Assembly (NCBI RefSeq): GCF_006345805.1
Contig: NC_043001.1
Span: 4,960,001 to 5,024,000 of the forward strand
Direction of reading: 5' to 3'
Origin: Octopus sinensis
Taxonomy: Eukaryota
DNA: 64,000 nt
Shown: piece by piece, positions 40,091 to 54,680 of the stretch
Numbering within the stretch: the first letter of the stretch is position 1
Layout of the letters: the number at the start of each line of letters is the position of its first letter
Notes under the pieces: generated by a model
Seen by the model: the letters and a program-made list of their open reading frames with translations, nothing else
Database searches by the model: none
What the model was told of the DNA's origin: nothing
Program-made: the position numbers and the translations under genes

Positions 40091-41280
40091 TTGCGTATGT
40101 ATAGATATAAATACGTATATGTATATGGACGTATATTGTGCAGTTGCATTATCGTGCTGCATACGGATTTCTGGTTTCTGAACATTTAAATCTTCATTGG
40201 AAGATTTAATAAATTAGATAAACTATAATGCATTATGATGCATTGTATTTATTGGAAAATGACAAAAATTAATGTTAACTTAATATAATTTAATGGAATC
40301 ATGCGTTCTGTTTACCTGCAGTGAATTATGAAATAAGTTCTTATTTCATTCGGATTTATTTCATCGTTGCAGTCGTTGAAGTGTAGTAGATCTGATTACT
40401 TGCAAATTCAACGCAATGAATGCATTTTAATACAAGAAATGTTCTGCGGATTGTTTTATGCATTTATCTTTTTTAATTCATAGGAAATAATCTTATAAAT
40501 ACATTTTGTATTGCATTGATGCAAGTTGAATGTCCATGTACATCAATTCTGTTCAATGATTATTTGGTTTGGAAAATGTTGATCAATCAAATAACGACAA
40601 AATATTTTTAGTTTTGCTCACAGGATGTTTCGCTTTAATTATTTTAGCTAATTATTAGTTTATATTATATATTATTTCTATCCAGCTTTATCTTTGAGTA
40701 AATATCTGTAAAATATATACAATGTCATCTTTGTTAAGAGCTCAGACGAAACACTTACCTATTTATTGAACTACACAAAATCTAATCATTTTCATGCTTT
40801 CACAATTCTATTAACATTTCAATAAACGACGGAATAATCACGCTTTCAATATATTTTCGAGAAAAGAAACTTTGAAAGACGTGTTGAATATAAAACATAT
40901 TTGCTTTCTTCAAAAGTAGATTTTGGCCACGGAAAGTTTGAAACAGTTGATATAAAAGCATATTTCAAGTTGGTTTCTCTACAATACTTTCTTAGTAGGA
41001 TTTGATAGATATGTACACTTATTTTGATTATTAGATTATTTAATTATTACAAGTGTGTATTCAGAACAAATATGCATACCATAAAGATGACAATAATGAT
41101 TTGAAACACGAAAACGTTGGGGCAGGTTCAAAAACATGAAAATTCGCTTGGCTCCGAAGAAGAATTGTATCGAAAAATTTCTCTGCATCTAATAAACTCG
41201 ACCATTACACATGTTTATCATAATTATAACTGTAAATAATTATTTCAACTTTTTGCCAAATGGGCAGCCTGGTGGTTATG

Positions 41281-41441
41281 GGGATAAGTCGATTATATCC
41301 ACCTAAGTTTTCCACTGGTACTTATTCTATGGACCTCGAAAGAATTAAAAGTAAAGTCGACCTCGGCAGAATTTGATATCTGAGCGTAGTGACAGGTGAA
41401 ATACCGCAAAACTCTTCCCCCAGCGTGCTAACGATCCTGCC
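41281..41441 (-). mobile_element. SINE, reverse orientation
   Basis: Reverse complement: ggcaggatcgttagcacgctggg...gcggtatttc...tcaaattctgccgaggtcgacttt. Confidence 0.75.
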
Positions 41442-42824
41442 TTTACACATGTAAATAATAAAGACGTTTTATGCTCATTGGCTTTAATATCTTGCCCGGT
41501 GATTAATTGTAGAAAACATTAACGGTTCTGTTTTTTATCATTAATTTATTTTCGTCAGGGTGAAATATTAGAACGAAAATCATTATAACTAGAATGAAAC
41601 ATCATATACGTAACTGCCATCGATAGAAAAGAACTCTATTGTACGTAAATCACCAAATAATAAATAACATAGCCGTACGCATCGATCTGTTGTAACTATA
41701 TTTATTTGACTGCTGGACAAAGCAGGTTTAATAAAGAAGTTGCAATGGATTTGTCAAATATTAAGCTATTCATATTTAAGGATGTAGCAAGTGCATAAAC
41801 CTTTTAGTTGCTTTGAACGATCAGGCATTTATCTCATGTATATTGTGGAATACGCTATCGGATCAAACCAGAGAATAATAATCGCAAAGAAGGGAATGAT
41901 AAGGAATAAGGAAAACCGTTTTCTCATGTGAGAAGGAAATCATTTATTTCTGATCAAAAAAAGTTATCAACCATTAACATGACTTGAATAGATTATAGTA
42001 AACATTTTCGAGAAAATCATATATATTGGGCTTACTATATACAGGTAGCAAGGGTGACATCATTCTGCAACTGGGTGCTGTTGTCTTATACGTATTGACA
42101 CACACACATGGTAGGTAAATTAAATATGTAAAAATTAGGATTTCATCAAGACTAAAAATGTGAAAACTTGGCAATAATTTAGGCAATAACTCAAGTAAAT
42201 GTTACTGTGAATTTGTTGTTATGAGCCACTAATTTTTGTATTAATCTATTTATTGTTCTAATTATGTACTATTACTTTTTATATCTTATTTTCAAATTAC
42301 TACTTACTAATCAATAATGCAAGAAATGAAGTTGTTTTTCAAAGTGCAAAAAATATTTTAATTGATTTATCTTTTATTTTTAATAGAAGTAACAATAAAA
42401 AGATAAAATTAAGAAAATTTAATAAAATTTTAAGCTAATATTTTCTAAATCTAAATATTTTATTTGAATTTTTTTCCTTAGCTGCAATGTTTTAAGTAAA
42501 AGTTTTCTTGTTCTGTACTTTAAAAGTTGGAATAAGTTGTCCTGTAAAATCTTAAGAATATAATTTCTCTTGCTCACATTTTCCCGTGTAATAATAAAAA
42601 GAGGGAAAAGACAACCCCGACGGAGATGTGAAGCAATGAATGTAGAGAAACGTCAAGAAAATTGAAAGAAAGCTCAACTATGAATCGAATCATCTTTTTC
42701 TTTTTAAAATGGTTCTCTTAATATCAATTCCGTGTAATTTCCACGGATCCAACTAGTATGATTTTAAATGAAGTTAATGGAAGGAGGAAAATCTAAATTG
42801 AATGAAAAAGTTAATTTTACTTAC

Positions 42825-42897
42825 CGATACACGAAACTCTTAGGATACATAAATATAAAGTAGATATGCCGACAATTGTTGTGTAGATCCAGGACAT
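42825..42897 (-). CDS. Candidate first coding exon encoding a signal-peptide-like segment MSWIYTTIVGISTLYLCILRVSCI
   Basis: Acceptor attaaataccag| at 42903, ATG at 42897, hydrophobic core, perfect G|GTAAGT donor at 42824 (phase 1). Confidence 0.35.
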
Positions 42898-43224
42898 GCA
42901 TTCTGGTATTTAATAACGAGCAGAATTATAAAAATTTAACAATTAATATAATTCAAGTTCGAGTTTAAATCACACCGATAAAGGAATAAACGCCTAGAAA
43001 CAGTACAATATAACCCAGCTACAACTTTGATAAATTGAATTTTGCTTTCCTCTCTTTTAATGCAAGTGTGTGAATCTGCGTGTCTAAAACGATATTTATT
43101 GCTTAAAATGCCTCCCAACTCAATTGAAACGAAGGAAGAGTTTGATTACTCCAAATGAAGACTTGAACATACTGTTGAAACAGACCAATTCAAAATATGT
43201 TCTTATAAATGTAAGTTTGTATGA

Positions 43225-43560
43225 CATATTGTGAAATGAATGCATAATGGTGACTCAAATGACTACAAAACATACCATTTCGTCGCAAGACTGAGTCATT
43301 GGCTGCTGTGCAATGAGTATGAATTGGAGTATGCACAGTCGGGATATGGATAAACCACAGAAAATGTTCCCGACAAATACAGAGTTAACCTATTGTGGGA
43401 TGTAATAATAGAATGTGACCACGGTATTGAATACGTAAAACTGGATAAATACGCTGTGAAAGAGAAAAAAAGCAAAGACCAGTTTATTCATAGGTATTGC
43501 AAAATAATGATGACAGAAGCTGGAAGAAACAGAAGAGAAACAGATCTAGGATGACGACTT
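43225..43560 (+). mobile_element. RLE-type non-LTR retrotransposon 3' remnant (R4/NeSL-like)
   Basis: HIVK*...DYKTYHFVARLSHWLLCNEYELEYA...ENVPDKYRVNLLWDVIIECDHGIEYVKLDKYAVKEKK (cf. HIVSEC..YK.RHD.VA..HW.LC..Y / KILWDF.IQCDH.IEARRPD). Confidence 0.55.
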
Positions 43561-44263
43561 GAAGTGGAATAAAAGAAGGCAACATTCATTGAAGACAATT
43601 AGTGCCAAACCGATTTTGTGTTTGCAGTTTTGGGGCAGGATTGAGAGATAGGAGTTCAATACAAGATTGAACACCCATAGAAAACATAGTTGTTTGGTAC
43701 TGAATGAATGATGTTTGTGTTTCTTGTGCTAAATTAGTGAGTGGGAAACTTGTATATATAATTGTGCGCGAAACTATTTCAGCTTTTCATTATCTTTTTC
43801 TAAATTATAGATTATAACACAGCACCTACACATTTAAAGTTGATTATTTTAACAGCTACGTCAGAGAGTACGTGACCGTGCTTTCGCCATGAAAACAAAT
43901 GGAGGTTCCCCCGTCATTCCGTTTAATTAATCGCTTTTAGTGGGTTTACGTGAGGTAGTTTTGCCCCTTTTCGCGTCTTCTCTCAGCATATAACTTGGCG
44001 TATTCTACAACTCGACTTTTGTCCTTAATATGGTTTAATATATATACATATAAAATTCTATATTCTGTATGTATATATATATATATATATATATGTATTA
44101 ATAATAATACTAATAAAGGGATTCTTCGGAACACACACGTGGATATAAAGGATAAATATATATTCGCATTCGGCTGTATATTAGCATCTATTTCTAATTC
44201 GGCACGTAGCAAACCAACTAGCTGACCCCCGATTATAATTAGGTATATAGTTATAGAATATGT

Positions 44264-44295
<32 letters not shown>

Positions 44296-47200
44296 GTATT
44301 AGTCGTTGTCAACTCATGAATGTCCACATAATTCAATTAGAATGCATACGAATTACTATTTAATAAATTAAAGTATGATTTTTTATTATTTCTTTCTTAA
44401 ATTCAGCGAAATCATTTGAGAAGAATCTGTGTTTTTCTATACAATTCTTCGAAAGAAATTGTTTTTCTAATTCAATTATATCTATTTTTCTCAAGCCAAC
44501 TTACAGAGGTAATAGAACAATTTTTCAGAAGCACTTTTGTGTATATTCTCACGAGACTCTAGTGTGAGTTTGACGACTGTGTGCTTAATTTACTTGTTTC
44601 AAAATTTATGGCCACAAAGGTATTAAAATTTCATTCTTCACTGAGCTCTGCGTATTACTGAATGTTTCACTTTTCTTTTTCATGTATAATATATTATTTA
44701 TCTTATCGGTAAATTGATTTGATGAATTACTACATTTATGGGTGTCCCCATTTGTTTCCATTCTTCACGTAAATTTGCGACGGGTAAATCTGCCATAGAA
44801 AAGTGTCTGTCGCAGATGAATATTTAAAAGTATAAACCATGTCTTCTCGCCGGCAATATTAGGACAAATTTCCGGTTATTCTAAGGAGGCCTGTTTTTTA
44901 AGTTGTTCTCTGAAGAGTTAAACATGAACTCTGTGCATAATATTAAACGTGGTAAATTAGATAAATACTGTGAGTGGGTGTTAAACGCCTTAAATCAACA
45001 GAAGTGTATAATGACATACTGAAAATAATGATGTGCTTAGAAACAATGGCCTCTCAAAAATTTCAGAAATTCGATTTAGGTTTAACAGAACCTTACGGCG
45101 ATGTAGAGTTACGAGAGAAGAAGATTTTCTATTGTGTTAAAGATTTATATATTTCAGGAAATATATTTCCATAAAATATTGAAAAGATTAAAATTGTTCG
45201 TATAAGTTAAACAAGATTTTGCTAAAAAAACTCAGTATATACATAGGTGGAAGGACTGCCACAGTGTTAACCTAAGCATGGTTAGTAATATTTCCAGCGT
45301 AAAACCAGTAGAAAAAGACGTATTTCCTATTCCCGACTTACGATGTTGAGAGGCAAGTTTTGCGTTTGGCAGACTTGAACTTATATAATTAACCGCAAGA
45401 AATATACAGCAACATTTTTCTAAAGTTGAAATGATTCTGCCAAGAACCAAAAATATACTCGACACTGTCACCCTCTCCCACAAATTTCACAATGTAGTTT
45501 ATCTGCAGTTTGCACATCCTACGTAAGACACTATTTATCCAACAGTCGCTCAGAAACAGCTCATAAAATCACAAAACACAATAATGACTCAATAAATTGA
45601 CGCATCCAACACACATACCCTTAATAAATGTCTCGGCGAAGAGTATAGAAAAATGGGAACCTGTATAACTGTAAAAAAATCTATAGGGACAATAACTCGC
45701 AGCAATCACATTGCAAACTTCGGTGGTTTTTAATATGACAAACAATGACGCAATAATAATCAAATTCTGTAACACCTTCCATAAATCATAAACCTAACCC
45801 ATTTTTCACCTGACGATAATACACAAAATCACTGCACACATTTAAAACATCGGAGCAAATAAGAAGCTTATACCACAGCAAAACTATGCCGATGTATATA
45901 TTAATATGTGTCTGCAACGAAAAGCACGGCGCTGCTTATGTATCGGAGGTGAACATGTAGATGACAAGAGCAATAATAATATTTTGAATGTTTACGAGAA
46001 TAATAACAAGGGGAATAACGCAGGAAGTACAAAAGAAATAGAGGAAGAAACGTCATAAGAAATGAACACAGAAACATATTAATAAAAACGTAAATATGAT
46101 TTGGATGAGGGGAAGATTTAGGAGAAACGGTAGGGGAACTATGGGTGTTAGAAAATGCTAGAAGCAAAATGGTTATGGAGGAGAGAAATGAAACATGTTA
46201 CAGGAGGTGGGCGAAAGCAAAGGCAGGAAATAAGGACGACGAATACAAGATTGTACTTTGTTATTTCTGCAATTGTGAACAATGTTTATTTTATCTTAGA
46301 TTCGTCATGGTTAAGAGCGCGATCAACGATGCCCCGTTATCATTAGGTTTGTCACGTATAGATATATAATAACAACACATTCATGTAATCAATCTCTAAA
46401 AATCTACTTTGATTTAAAATTCGAAAATACACCGACTTGTGATCATTGAAACAACATTAACTATATCATTAAATAGGGATATTTGGGTCTGAGAGAATGT
46501 TAATGAGACGGAATTTATGTCGAAAATTAGATCTATTTTAACACAGGTAATAAAAGATTTCGCTTCGAATATCTGTTCTCGAAAATTTGTTTTCTGCAAT
46601 TTAGATTATCTTTGCTAAATATGTTTGGCACATCTGAAGAAATTAAATCTATTTAAGTCAAAAAAAAAGTATTGCGCGGTGTGATTAACAGAAAGGGGAC
46701 CGTGATGAAAATTGTTATGCAGATACCAATTATTCTCTCAGCCGAACATAGCCAAAAAACTTGTCTTGCAATGGAAAATCAGTTTAGCATATTTTGAGCT
46801 TTAATTCTAAATTTACAACGGTGAGTTGATGGTTTTTATTGCAATATTTATTACTATAACATTTTATGCTTTGCATCGTTATTTTTGATATTTAATTTAT
46901 CTTAATGTTAGAGAAACTTATATATCTTTTATTTTACGTTTTACAATTTGCATTGCAGGAAATAAAAGTATTTTTAAACTGAAATGGAATTAAGCTTTTC
47001 AAATGACCATACTGCGTGTGACAAGATTTAAGGAAACTAATCGGTTTTCTATTCGTAAATAACACACATGATCGCCACATCAAGTAGAAAATAAAAAAAG
47101 AAAATATAAAAAAATGGAAATATGCATGCATAAATAAAAGAACAAATGCATAAAATACAGCTTGAAACTTTTTCGAGTTAGTTACTTCTTTACACATATA

Positions 47201-48444
47201 ACCTGGAGCTGATATTCAAATAAATAAATAAATTGAAGTAGTAAAAATTATTTTATTTTCACAGAAATTTTTGGAAATAGTAAATTACTGAAATAGCTAA
47301 AATTGTGCATTTTTAATTTCTCCACATTACCATTTATCAGAAATTTCCCAAGTTTCGGAATTGAAAGCGAAGAAATCTTTAGGACGCAACCGTTTTGTAC
47401 TGTGGTCTGAGAATTACCCACATTCTCTTGCAATTTACGGAATACATTAGATATGCCTTCCATTCTACGTTAAAGGTGTTTAGGGTGGTGGCATTTAAAT
47501 ATGATAGAGTGCTTTCGGAAGTCAAAAGCAGTGATACGCCAGAACGAATAGATCATGTTCTGTAGGGAAACTGTATCCACGGTATTTCGACTATAAGAAT
47601 TCCTTTTTTTAATGCAAGAATGCAAAAGAGCAATCAGATGTAACGACGTATGCTGGACTATATCGCTCAGATTTCAGATCATGAGTTATGTGTAAGATTC
47701 TGATCGAACAGCCATCCCTTCATTTCAAGGTGGTTGTGTGTAAAAAGAATGCACAAAATTATGTATAAACACCTACGTATAAGTATATGTGGGTATGGGT
47801 AGGTTTTTGGTTGTTTGGCTGGCTAGTGGAATGGCTGGCTGGCTAGCTGGATGGATGGATAAATGAATGGAGAGAGGGATGAATGGTATTATAGGAGTGT
47901 TGATACAACATTTCAGTGACAACGTGAACATTTCCTTATTCCGTACCTTTCTAGAATGTAGATTATAAGAAATACAATGATTTTAAAGTATGGGATATAC
48001 AATTAACGTATTCTAAGATGTATCCCTAAGCATGAGTTCTACAATTAATGCGTACTGCATTAACGCGTGCTACATTAACGTGTGCTACATGCATGCTACA
48101 CTTGATGAAACAAAAAAACTAGGTTCTGTTGTATTCCTTTACTTCTTTACTTTTACTCTACAGGGTGTTCAGGCTGGATTTGACGAATTTTTAATTCGTG
48201 TTTTCAAGATCCGTTTGGTGTATTGGTGAATATTCCAGAGCATAAAGTAATTTATGCCGTTAGAGACGAAAAACATGGATAGAGTTCTGAAAAATTTAGG
48301 TGACATACAAGTGTGCAAACAAATTTAATATTGTAAAAGTGATGCTTTTTAAAATTTCTTTTTTGTCGGGTAACATAAAATGCCGGCAAACCGATTGCTG
48401 GTAAACGCATTGTGAACACGGAATATGTTGTGTGACGTGTTCTG

Positions 48445-49093
48445 GACCTCATGGCAAGACATTTCCAACTTCTGTTGTTGTTGTTGGGGTTTATCTTCGG
48501 TGAGGATCGTTTGTGTTGTCTCAGGTCATTGAACAGAGCCCTATGCCCAAATCAGAAAGCTATGTGATGCGGTTGGAGAGAGAGTTCAAACATTGGCCGA
48601 AGTAGATAGCCGCAGGAAATTCATATGTATGGCAGCAGGATTCGCTTCTTTGCCATCACTCCAGAAGGAGTCAGAAGTCTTTGTCGGAGAATTCCTACGA
48701 CGCCACAAGCGCCAGTTTCTAGCCTTCTAATTCTCCCGATTGTAATCTTTTGGATTACAATATGTGAGACGCAGTTGGAAAAGACAGCAGACATTCTGCT
48801 GCAACAACAAGGTGACAGCAGGCCAAGATCAATGCCTTCATCGAATATTTTCTCAGGGTCACAGTGAGAAACAGATACGCCAGATTCAAAAGCTGTCTTT
48901 AGTCTGCGCTTGAAACTGAGGTCGGCTAATTTGAGCGAACTATTATTCCCAGCTATAATATAATTGATACATGTCGATTTTTGAAAAATACTCTTTAATT
49001 TCGAGAGGATATTGTGTTTTCTTTGCCTTTTGTTTAATATTTGAAACTTAAACCTTTTTATATTTCACAGCAATGCTATCGAGTGCCCCTGTA
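48445..49093 (+). mobile_element. Tc1/mariner DD37D (maT-like) catalytic-domain remnant
   Basis: FPTSVVVVGV...AAGNSYVWQQDSLLCHHSRRSQKSLSEN...PSNSPDCNLLDYNM*DAV...RFKSCL; ends gtgcccctgta (TIR+TA). Confidence 0.8.
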
Positions 49094-49918
49094 TATGAAT
49101 ACATAACTCACCTCAATAATACATTCCTCGGAATATTCCTAATCTGTACTTAACTGTACACATCAATAAACTAATTGTTTTCTTTAGGACTATGCAAATC
49201 TCTGTTGAATGTGTATTTGCCAATTGCACTGTCAACTTGTTAATTAACCCCATGCTACAGTAACAATAAATATATTAACACAACACTCGCATACACCGTC
49301 TTGTCATTTTTCTTCAAGAAAATGTTTTCATGAACAACAAATCAATTTACATAAATATATAAACACAAACATACATATACACGTCGCCATAGACACATAT
49401 GCACACACACGCGCGCGCACACGCGCCCCCACATGCATGCTTTAAATATGAATAACTTTTGTAGATCAGAAAAAGAAAAATTCGTGCGCTTTTTACTGCG
49501 CAATTCTACGTTAAAGTGTTAATAAACAGCTGCAAATAGTCTCAAGATATTTCTTTTCATGAACAGCATGCTTTTCTTTTTCTCTTACAGAATTCCCATC
49601 GTAGCTAAGGCGATCGTTGTTTTTCTTTTGTTTAGCCGTCAAAAAAATAATGTCTACTAATACGTAGGAATTGAGTGGTTCACCTTTCACCTAAATCGCT
49701 TAGAAAAATATTGGCATGTGATGAAGTAAGTTATTTCTCAATAATCAAGTATTATTTTGAGTTTTGTCCACTAATTGGGAGCAATTGATACGTAATAAAT
49801 AAGGTTAATCCATTGTAAAACGACAAATGCTAAAGAACATCATAAACAAATACGAGAATAAATCCTTTCTGAACTTCATTGAATGTATATCACTTCAACG
49901 AAACAGATTAGCAGTGTG

Positions 49919-49950
<32 letters not shown>

Positions 49951-50267
49951 ATTAATAATCGGTAATACGCCATTTCATACTGGGAACTAATGATGTGTTT
50001 ACCGTTTGTGTGACCCTTAATTTTAAGATGTCAGGTATTAGGGAAAAAGAAGATAGATGGGACATGAGCTGAAGATGTTATGGTGCGATTTTATTGGAAT
50101 AGGATTACTGGTTTTCAGACATTTAATCTTTAACAAATAAGCTTATATGGTTCTGAATTTAGAAAGAGCAAGAATTCTATGAGAATAATCGATGCCATCA
50201 GCGCCACCGTCGCCACCATTTTCATCACGGTCGTTATCGTTGTTGCCGACGGTGTCGACATCGTTGC

Positions 50268-50279
50268 CATCATCGTCAT

Positions 50280-50324
<45 letters not shown>

Positions 50325-50332
50325 TATCATCA
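50268..50332. repeat. (ATC)n trinucleotide microsatellite
   Basis: Direct reading; opposite orientation to the nearby (GAT)n tract. Confidence 0.9.
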
Positions 50333-50427
50333 CGCTTATGAACGCATCGTCATCAACAAAAATAATAGCTGTTAGAGAAAAGCAATAACAATATAACCTC
50401 TTCCATGCTGGCATGTATGAATGTTAC

Positions 50428-50763
50428 GATCATGATGATGATGATGATGACGATGAGGATGAGGATGATGGCGATAGGGATGATGATAATGATGACGTCG
50501 ATGATGATGATGAAGGGGATGATGATGATGATGATGATGATGATTATGATGATGATGATGATGATGATGATGACGATGATGATGATGACGATGATATTGA
50601 TAGTGAGGATAATGATGTTGAGGATGACAATGAGGATGATGATGATGATGATGATGACGATGATGATGACGACGACGATGATGACGACGACGATGATGAT
50701 GACGATGATGATGATGAGGATGACAATGAGGATGATGATGATGAGGACGATGATGATGGTGAT
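50428..50763. repeat. Long imperfect (GAT/GAC/GAG)n tract
   Basis: Direct reading; gives poly-Asp, poly-Met, poly-Ile, poly-His and poly-Ser frames. Confidence 0.9.
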
Positions 50764-50966
50764 GACCAGTCTGATACATGAAACCAAAACAAGTAGAGTA
50801 CAAGCGCAGGTGGGAAATGCGCGCACACACCTGCGTCGCGCACACGCACACTTATACCTACATGTAATGAAATGTACATGTGGTTTTATCGAGTGAAACT
50901 TCGAAATACTCACTGTCCGTAGTATTCTTGTCAAAGAATAATAGTGTGAGTGTGTGTATATATATA

Positions 50967-51719
50967 TACGAGGTGATATCACATAGGCTCCGGATTGGTT
51001 CTGTAGGTCCTTAATGATGTGTTTACCGTTCGTGTGACAGATGGTTGCGTGCACATTGAGACCAACCTGTGATGATTTATGAAGCAGTGGTTAAAGTGGT
51101 ATCACAGTGATTACTTCGCTAGCTGTGAGATTTAAGTGAATGCTGTTGTCTGCGATTTTGTCACGGAGAGGAACAAAGAGCCGACGTGAAATTTTCATTA
51201 AACCTGGGAATGTCTTCTACAGAGCCATTGAGAATGCTTCAGCAAACTTACGGCTAAGATCCAATGGCTGGTGCGCAACGTTTCCAGCGGTTACGGTGGC
51301 TTATGAAATGGAAGACGATGAGTCAAATTGAAAGATTTCCAGCAGCGTCACACCCAGAAATGGGGCCCTGTGCAAAGAGAATTCGTCCCCCAGTGCTAGA
51401 CCGTTTGATGGAGGACGTTTGGCGAAAGCGATCGGAACTGTAGAGTAGGAAGGGTTGTATTCTTTATGACGACGATGTAATTTGTCACCGAGCTTTCCTC
51501 ACACATGAGTTTATCGCCAAAACCCCGCATGGTATCAATTCCTATCACGCCCTATTCACCAGATTTAGCACTTCCAAAGGTAGCTGGTACGCTGGGACAG
51601 GTGTATTTCTATATTGTTCACAAGGTGACTATTTCGAAGACGATGATTCTAAGATTTAGGTGATATGTCATATGTTACTACATATAACTACTACGGGAAC
51701 TTTTTCTTCATACAACCTC

Positions 51720-51722
<3 letters not shown>
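50967..51722 (+). mobile_element. Internally deleted mariner (DD34D-type) element
   Basis: Ends TA-cgaggt...acctcg-TA. Internal EEQRADVKFSLNLGMSSTEPLRMLQQTYG, EFVP, VLDRLMEDVWRKRSEL and PYSPDLA motifs. Confidence 0.85.
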
Positions 51723-51766
<44 letters not shown>

Positions 51767-52269
51767 TATACATATATTCTTTTTTTAATTATATATATAC
51801 ATATATACAAATATATATGCATGTATTTATGTATGCCTATGCGACCGACTTCTACGCAGTTTCTGTCCATCAAATCCGCTCAAATGTCACAGGTTGATAG
51901 GGGCTACAATAGAAGGCACCCAATTTGCCGCGCTGTTACATAATTACAGAGCAACACCTAACATTTTTTCGTTCTCAATATTCTGTTCTTTTTTTTCCTT
52001 TTTGCCTCTCATAACTTAAATGACATTTTATCAAATTCTATGCAGATGCAACAGTTTCTTCTTTTTGTGTGTGGGACGGGGTTTCCTTTTCATGTTAACT
52101 TCACAATGATGTATCTTCAAATTCGTTTTCATGCCTTTTCATGGTATGCACATTGGGAAAAACCCCCTTCGCTCATGAATGACCGTGGGATTACAGATGG
52201 AAAGTTCCTTACGAGGCACACGTGTGGGCAAAGTTGTTTATGGAATACCAGCAGACGCTCATCTATACC

Positions 52270-52475
52270 GGCCTCCCCTCTCCACGCCCTCAATTTTGCT
52301 CAAGGGAAAGCTAAAGACCGATACAGTTTGGCCCCAGTGACGTTGCAGCTTATTTCCGCTGTCGTGTAAACTGGAACAACGTAGAATATAGTATCTTGAT
52401 CACAAACGCAGCACCCAGCCCAGGCCAGAAATTGAACTCACTGCCTTAAAACGTGCATCACGAAAACTTCAAGAC
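52270..52475 (-). mobile_element. Diverged tRNA-SINE, reverse orientation
   Basis: gctcaagggaaag...gatacagtttggccccagtgacg...aactggaacaacgtagaatatagtatcttg...gaaattgaactcac; forward relative at 55805-55930. Confidence 0.6.
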
Positions 52476-53387
52476 ATGGCAGACCCTATATATGTGGAGT
52501 GAATCGATATGTTGCAGAAAATGATAGAAACTGCCAAACAGAAAGACGTAGAGATTCCACAGTATGTAATTTGTGAATTATTTACCGACACAGAAAGAAT
52601 AAATTTTACCTCGGCAGTAGATTATACCAAAGCGCGTAAACCGGAGCAAATTAGAGCGAAATGTATACGGCACCACACAACATGATTCCATTTGCGCGGA
52701 TGGCAATAAGTGGATAGGCATATGTGAGTGAGTGTGTGCCCGCGCGAGGGTGGCCGTGCATGTGTTTGTGTGTGTGTGTGCTTGTGTACGTGAGTGTGTG
52801 TTTGTGTACGTATGTGTGTGTGTGTGTGTGTGTGCAAACTTTCCCTGTGTTAACACTACTTAGATATATATATTTTGCGATGGACATATAAATTTGAGTT
52901 GGACAACTTATATTTGAAAACAAAATCTATATATCAATGTGTGTGTGTGTGTGGTGTGTGTGTGTGTGTGTGTGTCTGTACACATTCACAGTTGGAAATT
53001 AAAAAAATTGTTTTGTTTTGATTTCGCAGGGCGGGGAGGGTTTGTTTCCCCAAACCAACCACGACCAATATGATTGATAACTGAAAGCCCGTAAGTAAGA
53101 AAAATAACCGAGCAGATATATGTGATTATACGTGACTCTACTATGAGTTTGACATGATAAATAATGCGCAGAATATGATGAACGGAAGCACTGCAAAACT
53201 TCGTGTGCTACATTCATTGCCATAAACTATAATATTTCTCCCTTTACTATCTTTCCTTTATCGCTTTCTGTCAATTCACACACACGAGCATACACACACA
53301 TATATATATTTAATACATGTAATGCATGTAATAATACATATATGCACACACACACACACAAACACAGACACAGACACAGACACACAT

Positions 53388-53430
<43 letters not shown>

Positions 53431-53585
53431 AACAGACATACGTATATAAGGTAGAAAATATTTTAGTGGAGAAAGAACAAAACCTTATTTAGAACGAAAT
53501 TGTGTATCTTTATTATCATGGTTGTAACATACACTTAAATCCAGTTTTTATCTTTTCTTTTGCTTTTTCTTTTCTTTCTCTCTTT

Positions 53586-53623
<38 letters not shown>

Positions 53624-53901
53624 ACATACACACACATATATAGTTGGAATTTACAAAAAAAAAAGACGAAGACGGGCGTGTAAACAAACAAACAGATGCA
53701 TTACTTTAAGCATCGTGAAGAGAGAAAGTGTTTTACGTTTCGATCCTACGATCTTCATCATGAAGGAACACCGAAACAGAGAGAGAAAATAAATAAATGG
53801 TTTAGTGGTGAGCGATCAATCATGTATATATATGCAGGTGCATTTATGCACACATGCTTATGCATATACATATACTCTATTTATATAAACCCCCACACAG
53901 A

Positions 53902-53978
<77 letters not shown>

Positions 53979-54596
53979 TTTGATACTTTGATATATATAA
54001 TATATACATATTTATATATTTTCATTTGTATTATTTTTAAACTTTGGGTTTTGCTGAATTTTTTCTTGGGTACACATTCTTCGTGGTAAATGACGAGTTT
54101 GACGTCTATATCTAGCATACAGGCTGTCCACTCTTAGTGGTCATTCCTCTAAATTTTGTATATATATATATTATATATATATATAATATATTATATATAT
54201 ATATATTATATATATATATATATATACATATATACACCGGCAACAAGGCATTTCATAAAATGATTCACACAGTATCAATTTTGAATAAATGTAACAGACA
54301 TCAAATCACATATTTTCACGATTGAAAAATATTTACAAGTGTGTTTGTGAGAAAGACCTGAGATAATGAATTTTACTTCGAATGGGAACAGGTTAATAAC
54401 TGGAAAATGCCAGCAGCATTTTAATTGGAAATCGCTGCCAAATAATGGAGTAGAATTATATAGTCAATTCCAATTTGGGCTCTTGCCAATTTCACAGAGC
54501 TAAACATCTGAGATTCTCTTAAATTGTGAATCTAGGGATTGTGAAAAATATACGTTTATAGATACATATATAACATATGTGTAGATATTTGTATAC

Positions 54597-54680
<84 letters not shown>

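Noticed and set aside
50353-51054. Poly-Ile, poly-His, poly-Met and poly-Ser ORFs
   Set aside because: Alternative frames of the same trinucleotide tract.
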